Below, piece by piece: positions 50,115 to 64,000 of a stretch of 64,000 nt of DNA. The stretch comes from the human T2T-CHM13v2.0 reference genome, Homo sapiens. The DNA lies in assembly GCF_009914755.1 (NCBI RefSeq), contig NC_060930.1. One strand, given 5' to 3'. Within the stretch, counting starts at the first letter, position 1. Every line of letters begins with the position of its first letter. Made by a program: the position numbers and the translations under genes. Under the pieces are notes generated by a model. The model was given only the letters and a program-made list of their open reading frames with translations, was not told where the DNA came from and did no database searches.

Positions 50115-51566
50115 TTAGGAATATTTTTATTAAGTGGGAAAAAAGGAATTAAGGAAACCAGACCTAGAGACCTGCATTAAAAAAAAAAAAAAAGAGAGAA
50201 TGTATGCGCTGTGTTCAGGGCGCACAGACGGTGCCAGGATGGGAGGGCTGAGTTCTCAGGGACTGAGGCAGGGGCTGGGGCAGGGACGGGAAGGGCAGGA
50301 GCCCCTGGAGGGCTGTGAGCATGTGCTCTGAGGAATCTGGACGCGTTCACACTGGGAAATTACTGCAGGCTTTGGAGGAAGGGGAGATGGCGCAGTCAGT
50401 CCTGTGTTCTGAGAGTGTAACTTTGGGGACAAGGTGACAAATAAGTGGCAGGAGTGAGGTTGGAGGCTGGAGAAGATAGTAACCCACCACCATGGCCTAG
50501 AAAGGAGCTGAGCAGTGCTGCCGTGGAGCCACAGCGACAGAGGGAACAAATGCAGAAAGTGCCACTGAGGCAGGAGGCAGGATTTTGCCCACTAAAAGTC
50601 AAGGCTGAGTCAGGGGTTGAAGGAGAGCATGGTACTGTGAGTTCTGAGACAGGCAGGGAGAGGAACCTGTGAGATGGGAGTGAGAGAGAGGAGCCCTCTG
50701 CTCTCACTGGCACCCGTGCTGCTGGGCAGGGTCAGCCACAGGTGGAAATTCAGGTCTTGGAAGCTAAGGATCAGGAGACTCTTGCTAGAGGCAGTAATTG
50801 AAGCCCTAAGGTTTAATAAGATGGCCCACAAAAATGTGCAAAGGAAAGATGAACCCTTGGGAATCCCAACATCTAAGTGATCAGCAAGCGGGTGGGGGGA
50901 TTTGGAGAACAGCCAAAGAAAGATTGAAAGAGTAGCAGAGGAGGCAGGGAGGATGTCTGAGGAGAAGGCACTGCGCTAACAAGGAAAAAGCACATCTCAG
51001 AGATGGGGGAGACACAGTCTCAAAGGCTGCCGAGGTCAAGGAGATTTAAACAGAAAAGCAGATTTTATATTTGGCAACTAAGAGAAAAGGGAGAGATCAC
51101 AGTGGGTTGCAGAAAAAGGGGGATTAAGAAGGAACGGAATGGGTATAGACTTTTTTATATGTAAAGTTCACAAAAGGAAGAAAAAATGATAGTTTGGAGA
51201 GAAAGGCAAGAGCAAAGCAAGACTTCTCGTCTGGCTCGAATGCCGAGTCCATGAGCAGATGGCAGGGAAGGAGGAGGAAGGTGGGAGAGGAGACAGTGGC
51301 TCACTTCTTGTTGGAACGGGGCCTGGGGAGGTGGGAAGGAAGAGGATGGGACACACAGGAATAGGGGCTCATCTTGGAAAGGGCTGGAAGCATCTCTCTG
51401 AACCAAGGGAGAAAAAGATGAAAGACAGAGGAACTTTGAGGTGGACTTGGGGGAAGACAAAGGGTTCGATTTCACTCGTGCAGATAATAAAGTCATCTGC
51501 TGAGTGAGTGAAGCAGAGAGCAGGGGTGTCTGAGGGAAAGTGGAAAGGATCAGAAGAACACTTGCT

Positions 51567-51861
<295 letters not shown>

Positions 51862-53247
51862 ACAAAATGGACCAGTCACTAGAGATGACTAGAATAGCCT
51901 GTGAAAGACATCAAAGACCCAACTGAGGCTGGCCCCCATGAATCAGTGTGATGACGTCATTTCAAAATCTGCTCAGCAGCTTGGAAACTACTGGTGAAAA
52001 CCGTGGTGTGTGTGGGTTCCTCCAGGTTGGGAACCGGCAGAGCTGGTAGGGGAAGGTTCCCAGGGCGGGGGTGGGGAGGGTGCCAGTGAGCACGCAGTTG
52101 CAGTAATTGGGCATGACATTAGGCTGAGTGAAGAGGAAAACCAGCTGGCGACAGAGGCGTGGGGTGAGGGACTGCAGTATTGTCATAAAGCCCGGTTCAG
52201 CAGGACTTAATGTGAGAGAGAAGGAAATACCCTAATCTGTAATTGAAGAAGGGACTTTTGGAGTCCTGCCTTAGAGGTGGGACGGTTTTGAGTGTGATCA
52301 GGTTCTGGAGGTGGCTCTGATTCTGTGCTGCTGCTCTGGAGTGGAGGAAAAGGTCATTAGAAAGTGGTCAAGGAACTAGGGTGGTGGGTGGATTATTCAC
52401 ATGGATGGTGAAACAGTCCAAGTTGGGGCTGGGAGGAGTGAGGTGGAGCAGACAATGGGATGATGATCATGAAAATTGAACTGGGTGGAAAATAAGGGCT
52501 GAGATTTCTGAGAAAGGGGACAGTCTGTTTTGTTCTCTGTATATTTTGACAAGCATTTGAAGCTTGTTCTCAGGACTGCCAGCAATGATTTGGTCCTCAG
52601 GAAATGAATGTGCATAGGTGTGGACTTGGACCTAAGCATGAGTTTTCATTTCGTCAGGGTGTTATGAGATGAAAGGGAGCTCATGCAGAGAGGGGACTGC
52701 ATTTTCTTTATGATTAGTCATTTTGTTGCTGGCCTGGTGCCTTAGAATGCCCTTCTGAGCAATGGCAGAGTATCTTTGATGGGCCCCACCCATTGTTTAC
52801 CTGTCTGCTGGGAAAATCAAAATTGCTAACAAGATTCTGAAAGGCAGTTACAAAATGAGACCCCCTTACATACCTGTCTTTCTCCCACGCTAGGCGTGTG
52901 TGCCTCAGGAAGTTCCCTTTAAGTATTCAAATGGTTAATATAGTCAATATAACATCGTACTTTCTCCCCAAGTTGTCGATCCTTTCTATCTAAAAACATC
53001 TTTTCAGTTACAACTTATTGAGCATACACACTGTGCTGAGTACTTTATATTCTTATTTCACCCTCACCAAAATATGTTATGAGGTAGTTCTTATTCTTCC
53101 CATTCTAGAAAAAATAAAAACAGAGGCTGAGAGACATTAAATAAACTGCCCAAGTTTATATAACTAGTACATGACCAAGCCTGGATTGGTCTATCTGGCT
53201 CCAAAGAGCATCCTAACCACATTATTCCCACTGGCAATAAAAACACC

Positions 53248-53564
53248 TTTTTTTGTTTTGTTTTGTTTTGAAACAGCGTCTCACTCTGTCACCCAGGCTG
53301 GAGTGCAGTGGTGCAATCTCCATACAAGAAAAAGCACACTGCCACCTCCACCTTCTGGGTTCAAGTATTCTTGTGCCTCAGCCACCCGAGTAGCTGGGAC
53401 TACAGGCGCACACCACCACACCTGGCTAATTTTTGTATTTTTAGTAGAGATGAGGTTTCACCATGTTGGCCAGGCTGGTCTCGAACTCCCGGCCTCAAGT
53501 GATCCACCTGCCTCAGCCTCTCCCAAAGTGCTAGGATTACAGGCACAAGCCACCACACCCAGCC
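53248..53564 (-). mobile_element. Alu with a private non-Alu segment catacaagaaaaagca (53321-53336)
   Basis: full dimer. Confidence 0.92.
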
Positions 53565-54422
53565 TCAAACACGCTTGTCTAATATACTTTATTCACTATA
53601 ATGTAATCATAATTTTCTATTTAAGCAGGATTATCATTAAAGTGAACTTTCCACATCTTTCCTCGAGATTATTTCTTATTTTCCTAAAGTTTTCAAAATG
53701 TATTTCTATTATTTCTGTGAAATGAATGCATAGTGGGAAATTTTAAACATCAAGAAATGTATCACCAGTCTAATAATGTCAACACAGCTGTGGGAAACTC
53801 ATTAGTTACAGCCTCCCAGCTGCCTTCCGTTCTTTTAATTCAATGATGGTCCTTGGCTGACACCTAGTGGAAATCCTGGAAACAGTACTTTAAAAATTAA
53901 ATGTCCAGACAAAAAAAAATTCTTGAAGTCAGCTTTACAGATACCAGGGAACTTCTTGGAAATAGCCATATTGCCCATTAGTATATGTGGTAAATAAATT
54001 TAACTCTTCTCCAAATTAATTGAAAATAAAGGTGAAGGTATTTTGCATTTTATATATTAGTATGTTTCTGTAATTGCACTTCCCAGAGAGAGACTGAGCT
54101 AACATTTGTGTTTGCAAGTAATTTCAACTCATAATCTCAAACTCTGAATGTATGAGAGAGATAGCTATCAGGTTACAAAAATTGAAGCATTTGTTTTCTC
54201 TAAGGTGACTGTGTTGAGGCTCCCCCAAGCCCCACACTTTTTCACTAAACGTGATCGCCACTTAGCCGAAATATTTGTACTGGGATATCACAGATGGTAG
54301 CAAAATAGAGTAAAATTATTTTAAAAGTTATTTTTAGCATAGTGTTTTGTAGGTTAAATTATACTACCCTTAAAAAATGAAAATAACTTTAAAGAGGCAA
54401 GAAAGGCTACAATCCCCTAGGA

Positions 54423-54866
54423 CAGTGGTCTTCAACCTTTTGGGCACCAGGGATTGGTTTTGTGGAAGATAATTTTTCCACGGATGGAGGCAGGGGGAGG
54501 CTTTTGGGATGATGAAAGCACATTACGTTTATTGTGCACTTTATTTCTATTACTACATGGTAATATATAATGAAATCGTTCTACAGCTCACCATAATGTG
54601 GAATCAGTGGGAGCCCTGAGCTTGTTCTAGCCCTGAGCAACTAGACAGTCCCATCTGGGGGTGATGGGAGACAGCGACACCCCAAGTGTGTTGCTTATGT
54701 CCAGTCTGCTCTCATCTTATTTTGGTCACTGTCACTGCAGAAAACCCTGCTTCACAAAGATAGGATGTTGGAAATGGAAGCAGGCTTTTGTGCTTTTGTG
54801 GCAATCTCAGGATATTCGCCTGGACTTTAATCCAGAATGTAAGGAGGTTTGAAGTTGTCTCAAACA

Positions 54867-54907
<41 letters not shown>

Positions 54908-55678
54908 AGATGGAGTCTCATTCTGTTGCCTAGGCTGGAGTGCAGTGGTGCTGCAACCTCTGCCTTCCCAGGTTCAAGCAATTCTCCTGCCTCAGCCTCC
55001 TGAGTAGCTGGGATGTCAGGCACACACCACCACGCACAGCTAATTTTTGTATTTTTAGTAGAGACGGTTTCACCATGTTGGTCAGGCTGGTCTTGAACTC
55101 CTGACCTCGTGATCTGCCCGCCTCAGCCTCTCAAAGTGCTGAGATCATAGGCGTGAGATACCACGCCCGGCCTCAAACATACTTTTAAGGCCACCAGATG
55201 CAGCTGTACAATTGAAGTACATCAACTCACTTGCCACGATAAAGCCTGCCACCAGATGCAGCTTAATTGCTCCTTGACACTCACTGACAGGGTTTTGATA
55301 TGAATCTGCAAGCAATTGATTTATTATGGTCTCTGTGCAGTCAAACCTCTCTGCTAACGTTAATCTGCTCCTCAGTGCTAGCATCACTGCCTCAGCTCCA
55401 CTTCAGATCATCAGGCATTAGATTCTCACAAGGAGTGCTGCAACCTAGATCCCTCGCATGCATAATTCACAGTAGGGTTCACACTCCTATGAGTATCTAA
55501 TGCTGCCACTGATCTGATAGGAGGCAGAGCTCAGGCTGTAATGCGAGCCATGAGGAGCCACTGTAAATCCAGACGAAGCTTCTCTCGCTTGCCCACCACT
55601 CACCTCCTGCTGTGCGGCCCAGTTCCTAACAGGCTACGAACTAGTACTAGTCTGTGGCTCGGGGGTTGGGGACCCCTG
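54423..55678 (-). mobile_element. hAT Charlie3/MER1-type element, internally deleted, with a C-terminal transposase remnant; interrupted by an Alu
   Basis: Perfect 8-bp TSD CCCTAGGA (54415-54422, 55679-55686); MER1-like termini; minus-strand LLPFPTSYLCEAGFS hAT dimerisation motif. Confidence 0.88.
54870..55172 (-). mobile_element. Alu nested in Charlie3
   Basis: TSD ctcaaacatact. Confidence 0.92.
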
Positions 55679-56068
55679 CCCTAGGAGAGTGGGTGGAACT
55701 CACCAGTTGAGCTGATCATTGAATCCTAATGACCATTCTGAAAGAGAGGCTCCCTGATCCCACTGTCCAGTTGAGCTCGGAGAGCACCCACCTAGTGAAG
55801 TGCCTGAGCTGGGATCACAGACATTGTCCTTCAGGGCCGTCTCACTCTGGGAGATTCTGGGGCACACAGAAGAGATGGGAGGTGCAGGGAGTTGGGGAAA
55901 CAGAGAGACTTAGCTCATGATAATCACAGCATTCTGCAGGAGGAAAGACAACAATGAGAGGAAACTTCCAGCAGCCATTTTGCAATTAACTCAAAATAGT
56001 TACAAGGCCATAGTGTCATGGTGAGGGCTGGTGATAAAGATACCAGGCTCCGTGCCTTGAGCTTTTGA

Positions 56069-56410
<342 letters not shown>

Positions 56411-56731
56411 GAGAATCTGCATTTTTAATAAGCTGGCCAATGAGTGCTGATGATCAGCCAGGCTTCGGAACCAGCCTCCCTCCCTCCTCTTTCACAGGAT
56501 TGGGGGTGCAGTCTTAGCTCCGGTGCCTTGATGGTGTAGCAGCTATTACCCACTTGAGGGCGCTCATCTGCTTGAATTCCCTGCACTGTGTGTAAATGCT
56601 TAACATAAATAGCGAGTTTTTAAACGTTTTTAAAAATCTATTTATTCAGGTGGGATAAGATCTGTGTTGAGATTTGGAGTTTAAAGAAAAAAAAAGCAAT
56701 TGGAATTACAGCTCTACTTTCTCTCTTTCAG

Positions 56732-56765
56732 GCCAAGCAAGCAATCCTTGAAATGGATGCCATTC
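56732..56765 (+). CDS. PLEKHG1: PLEKHG1 coding exon, 34 nt (AKQAILEMDAI+c); phase 0 to 1
   Basis: ctttctctctttcag acceptor; TTC|gtaagt donor; not in the ORF track. Confidence 0.9.
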
Positions 56766-57782
56766 GTAAGTTTTATTTCCTTAAAACAATTTGAAATTTC
56801 ATTGTCTGTTTGTATCTATCACATTTTCTATCTTAAAGTTCATGAAAATGTCGATTGTTAGAAAATAGTATCTCTCTATTCACTGTTTTCACAAATTGGG
56901 TAGACAGTATAATCCCTTCTAAGCACATTGACTTGTTTCTACATTGGTTCTCCCAGGTTTATCTGAGTCCCTTGATGGCTGGCCACTGTTGGGGTTTCTG
57001 CATCAACTAACAATGTCAGTTATGTCTCCAGGGTCAACTCTACCCCTACCCCTGCCCCAACCTCTACCACCACCAAAAACCAGAGCTTAACAATGCATTT
57101 CTCACTTCATCCCTAACAAAATGTTGATTATCTGCAAGAATCGCAATCACTTCGTAGTATTGGTTTTCCTGATGCAGCAGAAACTTCTAAAATCACAACC
57201 ACCCCACATATGTGCATATATTTCTAGGCTTACAAAAGCAGGAGAGAATAAATGTTACAGGTCCTTCCTATTAAATAAGACCTTATTCAACAGCAGTTAT
57301 CACATCTTTGTTATTTTTCAGATTAAATAGAATAAAAAGAGAAAACAGTGGCTTTAAATGCAGTCAGGTCTGCTGGAAACTTGTACTGAAAACACTTCTA
57401 CTTTACTTAACCCTTTCATAAGACCTTACTTCGAGGAATCAAGTGCAAACGTTGATTCCCTTCCCTCCAGCCTGGCACTTGTTAACTCCCCAGGGGGAAA
57501 AGCAGCATCAGCAAAGTGGAAACAGGTGCATTCCCACCATCGCTGCAGCTGAGGCTCCCATCTCGCATCCAACAGACCCGAGAAATGATGCCCAGAGCTC
57601 CCCAGCGGAGTGCTAGGCTGTATTCTCTAGACATCAACATTTTACCTGCAGAAATTGCCTTCGGATTTTTTTTTTTTTTTTTTGGCCGGGTGTGGTGGCT
57701 CACGCCTGTCATCCCAGCTAATAGACTCCTAGAAGTCCCAATGTAAACAAAAAGCCCTGAGATACATATACAGCAGCAATTA

Positions 57783-58140
<358 letters not shown>

Positions 58141-58227
58141 ATCCATATAAATCTACACTAGCCATAACCATTTTCTGAGAAGCCCCTGACACCACAGTCC
58201 CACTGATGCACGTGGTTATCTTTACAG

Positions 58228-58323
58228 ATCATCCAGGCTTCTGTTACAGTCCTGAGGGAGGGACGAAAGCACTGTTCGGCTCTAAAGAAGGTTCTGCTCC
58301 ATATCGGCTGAGAAGAAAATCTG
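58228..58323 (+). CDS. PLEKHG1: PLEKHG1 coding exon, 96 nt ([32 protein letters not shown]+g); phase 1-1
   Basis: atctttacag acceptor; CTG|gtaagt donor; phase consistent with neighbours. Confidence 0.9.
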
Positions 58324-58498
58324 GTAAGTAAGATGTTGTCATAAAAATTTAATTCTAATGGGGGACTGGCAATGAAAGTCCCTTTGAGTCTGACAAAAGG
58401 GAATGTTCTGTCTGGTTTCTCAGCTCACTGCCGGTCTGAATACATTTGCGGCTGCCTTAAGATGGGACTCATGAGCTTTTGATCTAAAACTCTTTTCT

Positions 58499-58777
<279 letters not shown>

Positions 58778-59103
58778 CTACTTAATGTTTCCCAGTGACT
58801 ATCAAGCATGCCAGTCAACTAATTTTGCTTTGTACATCTTACCATTGACATGCAGATACTTAAGCTGTATTTGCTGTTGCTAATGAAAAATCACGTCCTA
58901 TGAGTGACACACACAAAAGATTATCCAAAGCTAAAATTTTAATTCATATTTGCTGCACCAGACTCCATGAACTATTGTCTTAGTTCAGACAGGTTTGGGG
59001 TTTTATTTGAAGCAGTCTTTATTCATTACCCACTTTATGCTTTGCTAAGGACTAGGAATGCAAGGATAAATAATCCACGTGACTCCTGCTTGCAAGGAGC
59101 TCA

Positions 59104-59438
<335 letters not shown>

Positions 59439-59743
59439 TCATCAGCTTATAGGTGTTAGTGAAGCTGAGGAAGCTGCTCTGCTACTGACAGGACTGAAAA
59501 AGTCAGATTTTGCTTTTCTGTTGGGTGACTCCTGATAACACAGCATAACATTTATTCTACCATTTTAGCAGAGTGAATGTCTTGCTCCTGTGTATCTCTG
59601 AGCAATGGGGATTTTGTTAAATTTGATACAAAAGTTATAGAGCTCTGTTAATCTGTCAATAGGCTCATAATCCTCTTATAAAGAATAAAGAAAAAGGTTT
59701 GATTTGGTTTTGCCAATGATGCTGGCTTTGTTTTGTCTCCCAG

Positions 59744-59782
59744 AACCTTCCTCACGGTCACATAAAGTTTTGAAGACCAGTG
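59744..59782 (+). CDS. PLEKHG1: PLEKHG1 coding exon, 39 nt (E/PSSRSHKVLKTS+g); phase 1-1
   Basis: ttttgtctcccag acceptor; GTG|gtaagt donor. Confidence 0.88.
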
Positions 59783-59949
59783 GTAAGTCGTAAAATATAT
59801 TTTCCTGTTTCATTCTTGTTGATATTCACTAAATCAAACCACACAAAAATAAATAAATACCAGATAAATTACATATTGACAGATTTGATTTGATTACAAA
59901 AAGATTAACTTCTGTAAATAAAAGTGTCCCATTATAAAATATATAGTCA

Positions 59950-60262
<313 letters not shown>

Positions 60263-60269
60263 AATATAC

Positions 60270-61220
<951 letters not shown>

Positions 61221-61245
61221 AATCCTTATTTTAAAAGTGAAACAG

Positions 61246-61603
<358 letters not shown>

Positions 61604-62200
61604 TCAGCTGTTAACTGTTGTTTCCTCGGAGGATGGGATCTGTGGAGAGGGAAGGACTTCATATGCTTCCGTAATCATCTTTAAAGGGGAGACACCCATA
61701 ATTAGGCTAGCTCTAAGGGTGTCTTCTCTAAGGATGTGGCTATGTAAATCTCTCCCCACAATTCCACTGGCAACACCCCTTCTTTGCAAGAAGGCTGCAT
61801 CTTTCAGTTAAAACCAATAAAATGTCAAAAAATCAGCAGAAACAATATCATCTTTACATAATTGTCATGGCATGGGGCATGTGCAATTTCTTTTTCAGGA
61901 AACAACACATTTTTGTTCGGAAGCTTTTGAAATATCTTGAACATGAATTAGTTAATGGCTGTCAGGGATTAAGGAAGACAACTAGTGCTCAGATGCATGT
62001 AAGGTTGTTTGATGTAGTGTGGGGGTATGCAGCTGGGAGAGCTGACAGGGATTTTCTGAAAATTAGATCTATAGGGCCCAGAAGTCACTTGGGCTTCAAT
62101 TACTAGTAATAAGTTTCTAAGTTCTATAAAATATTAGTGCTTACTTATATAGGAGGTACATTTTCATTCTCAAACTTGAAAAAAAACTTTTATTTTTCAG

Positions 62201-62223
62201 AAACAGCACAAGACATCCAAAAG
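62201..62223 (+). CDS. PLEKHG1: PLEKHG1 coding microexon, 23 nt (E/TAQDIQK); phase 1 to 0
   Basis: ttttatttttcag acceptor; AAG|gtaagc donor. Confidence 0.87.
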
Positions 62224-63069
62224 GTAAGCTCTATCTCATTTCTTACTTGGAAATGTTCACTTCAGGCACCTTTCATAGGTGTCCCTTCCCCATCTCTGTC
62301 ATCTCCAGCCCGTATTCCAAGTGTCAACAGTTATTTTACATTTTGGAAATATGGTATTTTACATTTTGAATTATTTACATTTGATTTAAGCAAAGACTCA
62401 TCCTTATCAACTTCTTCCCTTTCCCCAGCCCACATCTGAGAACCATGGTGATTATTTATTCATCCTCTGCCCCATATCACACCTCAGAGGCTGTAACCTT
62501 ACCTTAGGGTGTAATACCTGCCCGGTGCTCACGTGAGCCACCTCACATTGTCCTTTGCCACCACCAGTGTAAGACCAATGCCCCTGCCTCCTGGATATAA
62601 CTCCCTCCTCCAAGCGCGAGCCTTCATTCACAAGGGCGAGGGGCCCCCTTCTAAGAATATGGTTCTGCTGCTGACGTAAGAGGTGATGACGTATGATCGA
62701 ATGAGACTTTGTCATATCAAGTTTTGATTTTTCTTCCCCTGAGAAAAGCTTAGGAGAGGGAGAATAAGAATGGTATACTGTATTGGAAGATATTATATCC
62801 AACTGTATTGCCTATGAAGAATAGGTATTTTCTCCTGACCTGAGTGGTTTGTCCAGTGTGGCTACTGATCAGTTGGCTTAATTAACAATTCTTAGAGAAC
62901 TGATCATGGCTCCTTGTTTAATGTTCTGTATCTAGAAGAATATGGCTGTGAAACCTCTCCCTATAATCTCATTTCCACCATGGCTTAGCACAGAACCAAA
63001 GCGACCTTGTTGATAAACGTTGTATCTTTCCATTAAAACCAAGAAAATGTCTAAAAATCAACGTAGTCT

Positions 63070-63377
63070 TTTTTTTTTTTTCTTTTGAGACTGGATCTCG
63101 CTCTGTTGCCCAGGCTGGAGTGCAGTGGTGCAATCTCAGTTCACTGCAACCTCTGACTCCCGGGTTCAAGCAATTCTCCTGCCTCAGCCTCCCAAGTAGC
63201 CTAGTAGCTTGGACTACAGGCACCCGCCACTAGGCCCAGCTGATTTTTGTATTTTTAGTAGAGACGGGGGTTTCACCAAGTTGGCAACGCCAGTCTGGAA
63301 CTCCAGACCACAGGTGACCCACCCGTCTCAGCCTCCCAAAGTGCTGGGATTACAGGCATGAACCACCACACCCGGCT
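63070..63377 (-). mobile_element. Alu
   Basis: full dimer. Confidence 0.9.
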
Positions 63378-63842
63378 GAACATAATCTTACCTTTAAGTG
63401 ATTGTCATGGCTGAGGTGTGCGCATTTTTTTTTCAGGTAGTACATGCTTTTGTTTGGAAACGTGTGAAACTTATTAATTGGTTCATTGTCCTGAAATATG
63501 GCATAAGGTTTTGGTTTCATAAGTGGGGTCACTGCAGAGGGCTCCCTGCTCTTCAAAGCAGCCACAGTAGCATTGTGGAGCCATGCCCTCTCAGTGCTAA
63601 AAGAAGGAATCTCCCCATCAAAGAGTTCTAGAGATTCAGTCTCAGGAGCTGCTTGAAAACTTTCTACAGCAGTGCTCAAGCCAGGTCCATATGGGCATAA
63701 CCAAACCTTATGAAATAAAAAGGCAAGAAAGAAAACATCCATGCTTTTTTTGTGATAAAATTCCATCTCCTAATAGTAATGTGCTGAAGGTATATTAAAT
63801 TCAAGGAGAGCAGATTTACTGATGATTAAAGAGTTTGTAACA

Positions 63843-64000
63843 GCCAGGTGTGGTGGCACACACCTGTAATCCTAGCACTTTGGGAGGCCAAGGTTGGCAG
63901 ATCACTTTGAGCTCAGGAATTCAAGATCAGCCTTGGCAACATGGCAAAACCCCCTCTCTACAAAAAAAAAGTACAAAAATGAGCTGGGTGTGGTGGCTTG
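63843..64000 (+). mobile_element. Alu, cut by the window end
   Basis: left arm and linker. Confidence 0.88.

Noticed and set aside
62452-62802. 116-aa minus-strand ORF in unique sequence
   Set aside because: No recognisable domain or splice structure; length within chance expectation

Overview
Primate (almost certainly human) genomic DNA lying entirely inside the + strand RhoGEF gene PLEKHG1. Twelve internal coding exons (7182-62223) splice with canonical GT-AG sites and consistent phases into the rest of the DH domain, the PH domain and the start of the C-terminal region. Neither the start nor the stop codon is in the window. The rest is intron with about 60 Alus, old L1 remnants and several DNA transposon fossils (piggyBac MER75, hAT Charlie3/MER1/MER5/MER63, Tigger-type MER44). 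Almost all ORF-track entries are Alu-derived or chance. The most striking element is a ~1.5 kb intronic 44-bp minisatellite (34 full units, with higher-order structure) carrying 27 perfect C/EBP-ATF (ATF4) elements, TGATGCAAT. It is a candidate copy-number-tunable stress-response enhancer. Other leads: a sense MER75 with exon-trap geometry in frame with the upstream exon; two 3n introns in the PH domain, one stop-free; an Alu carrying a templated insertion copied from another Alu 4.4 kb away; a possible recursive splice site; and a possible internal TATA promoter. Gene and repeat family names come from my recall of the sequences, not from a database search. Repeat boundaries are approximate (about 10 bp for Alus, more for L1).
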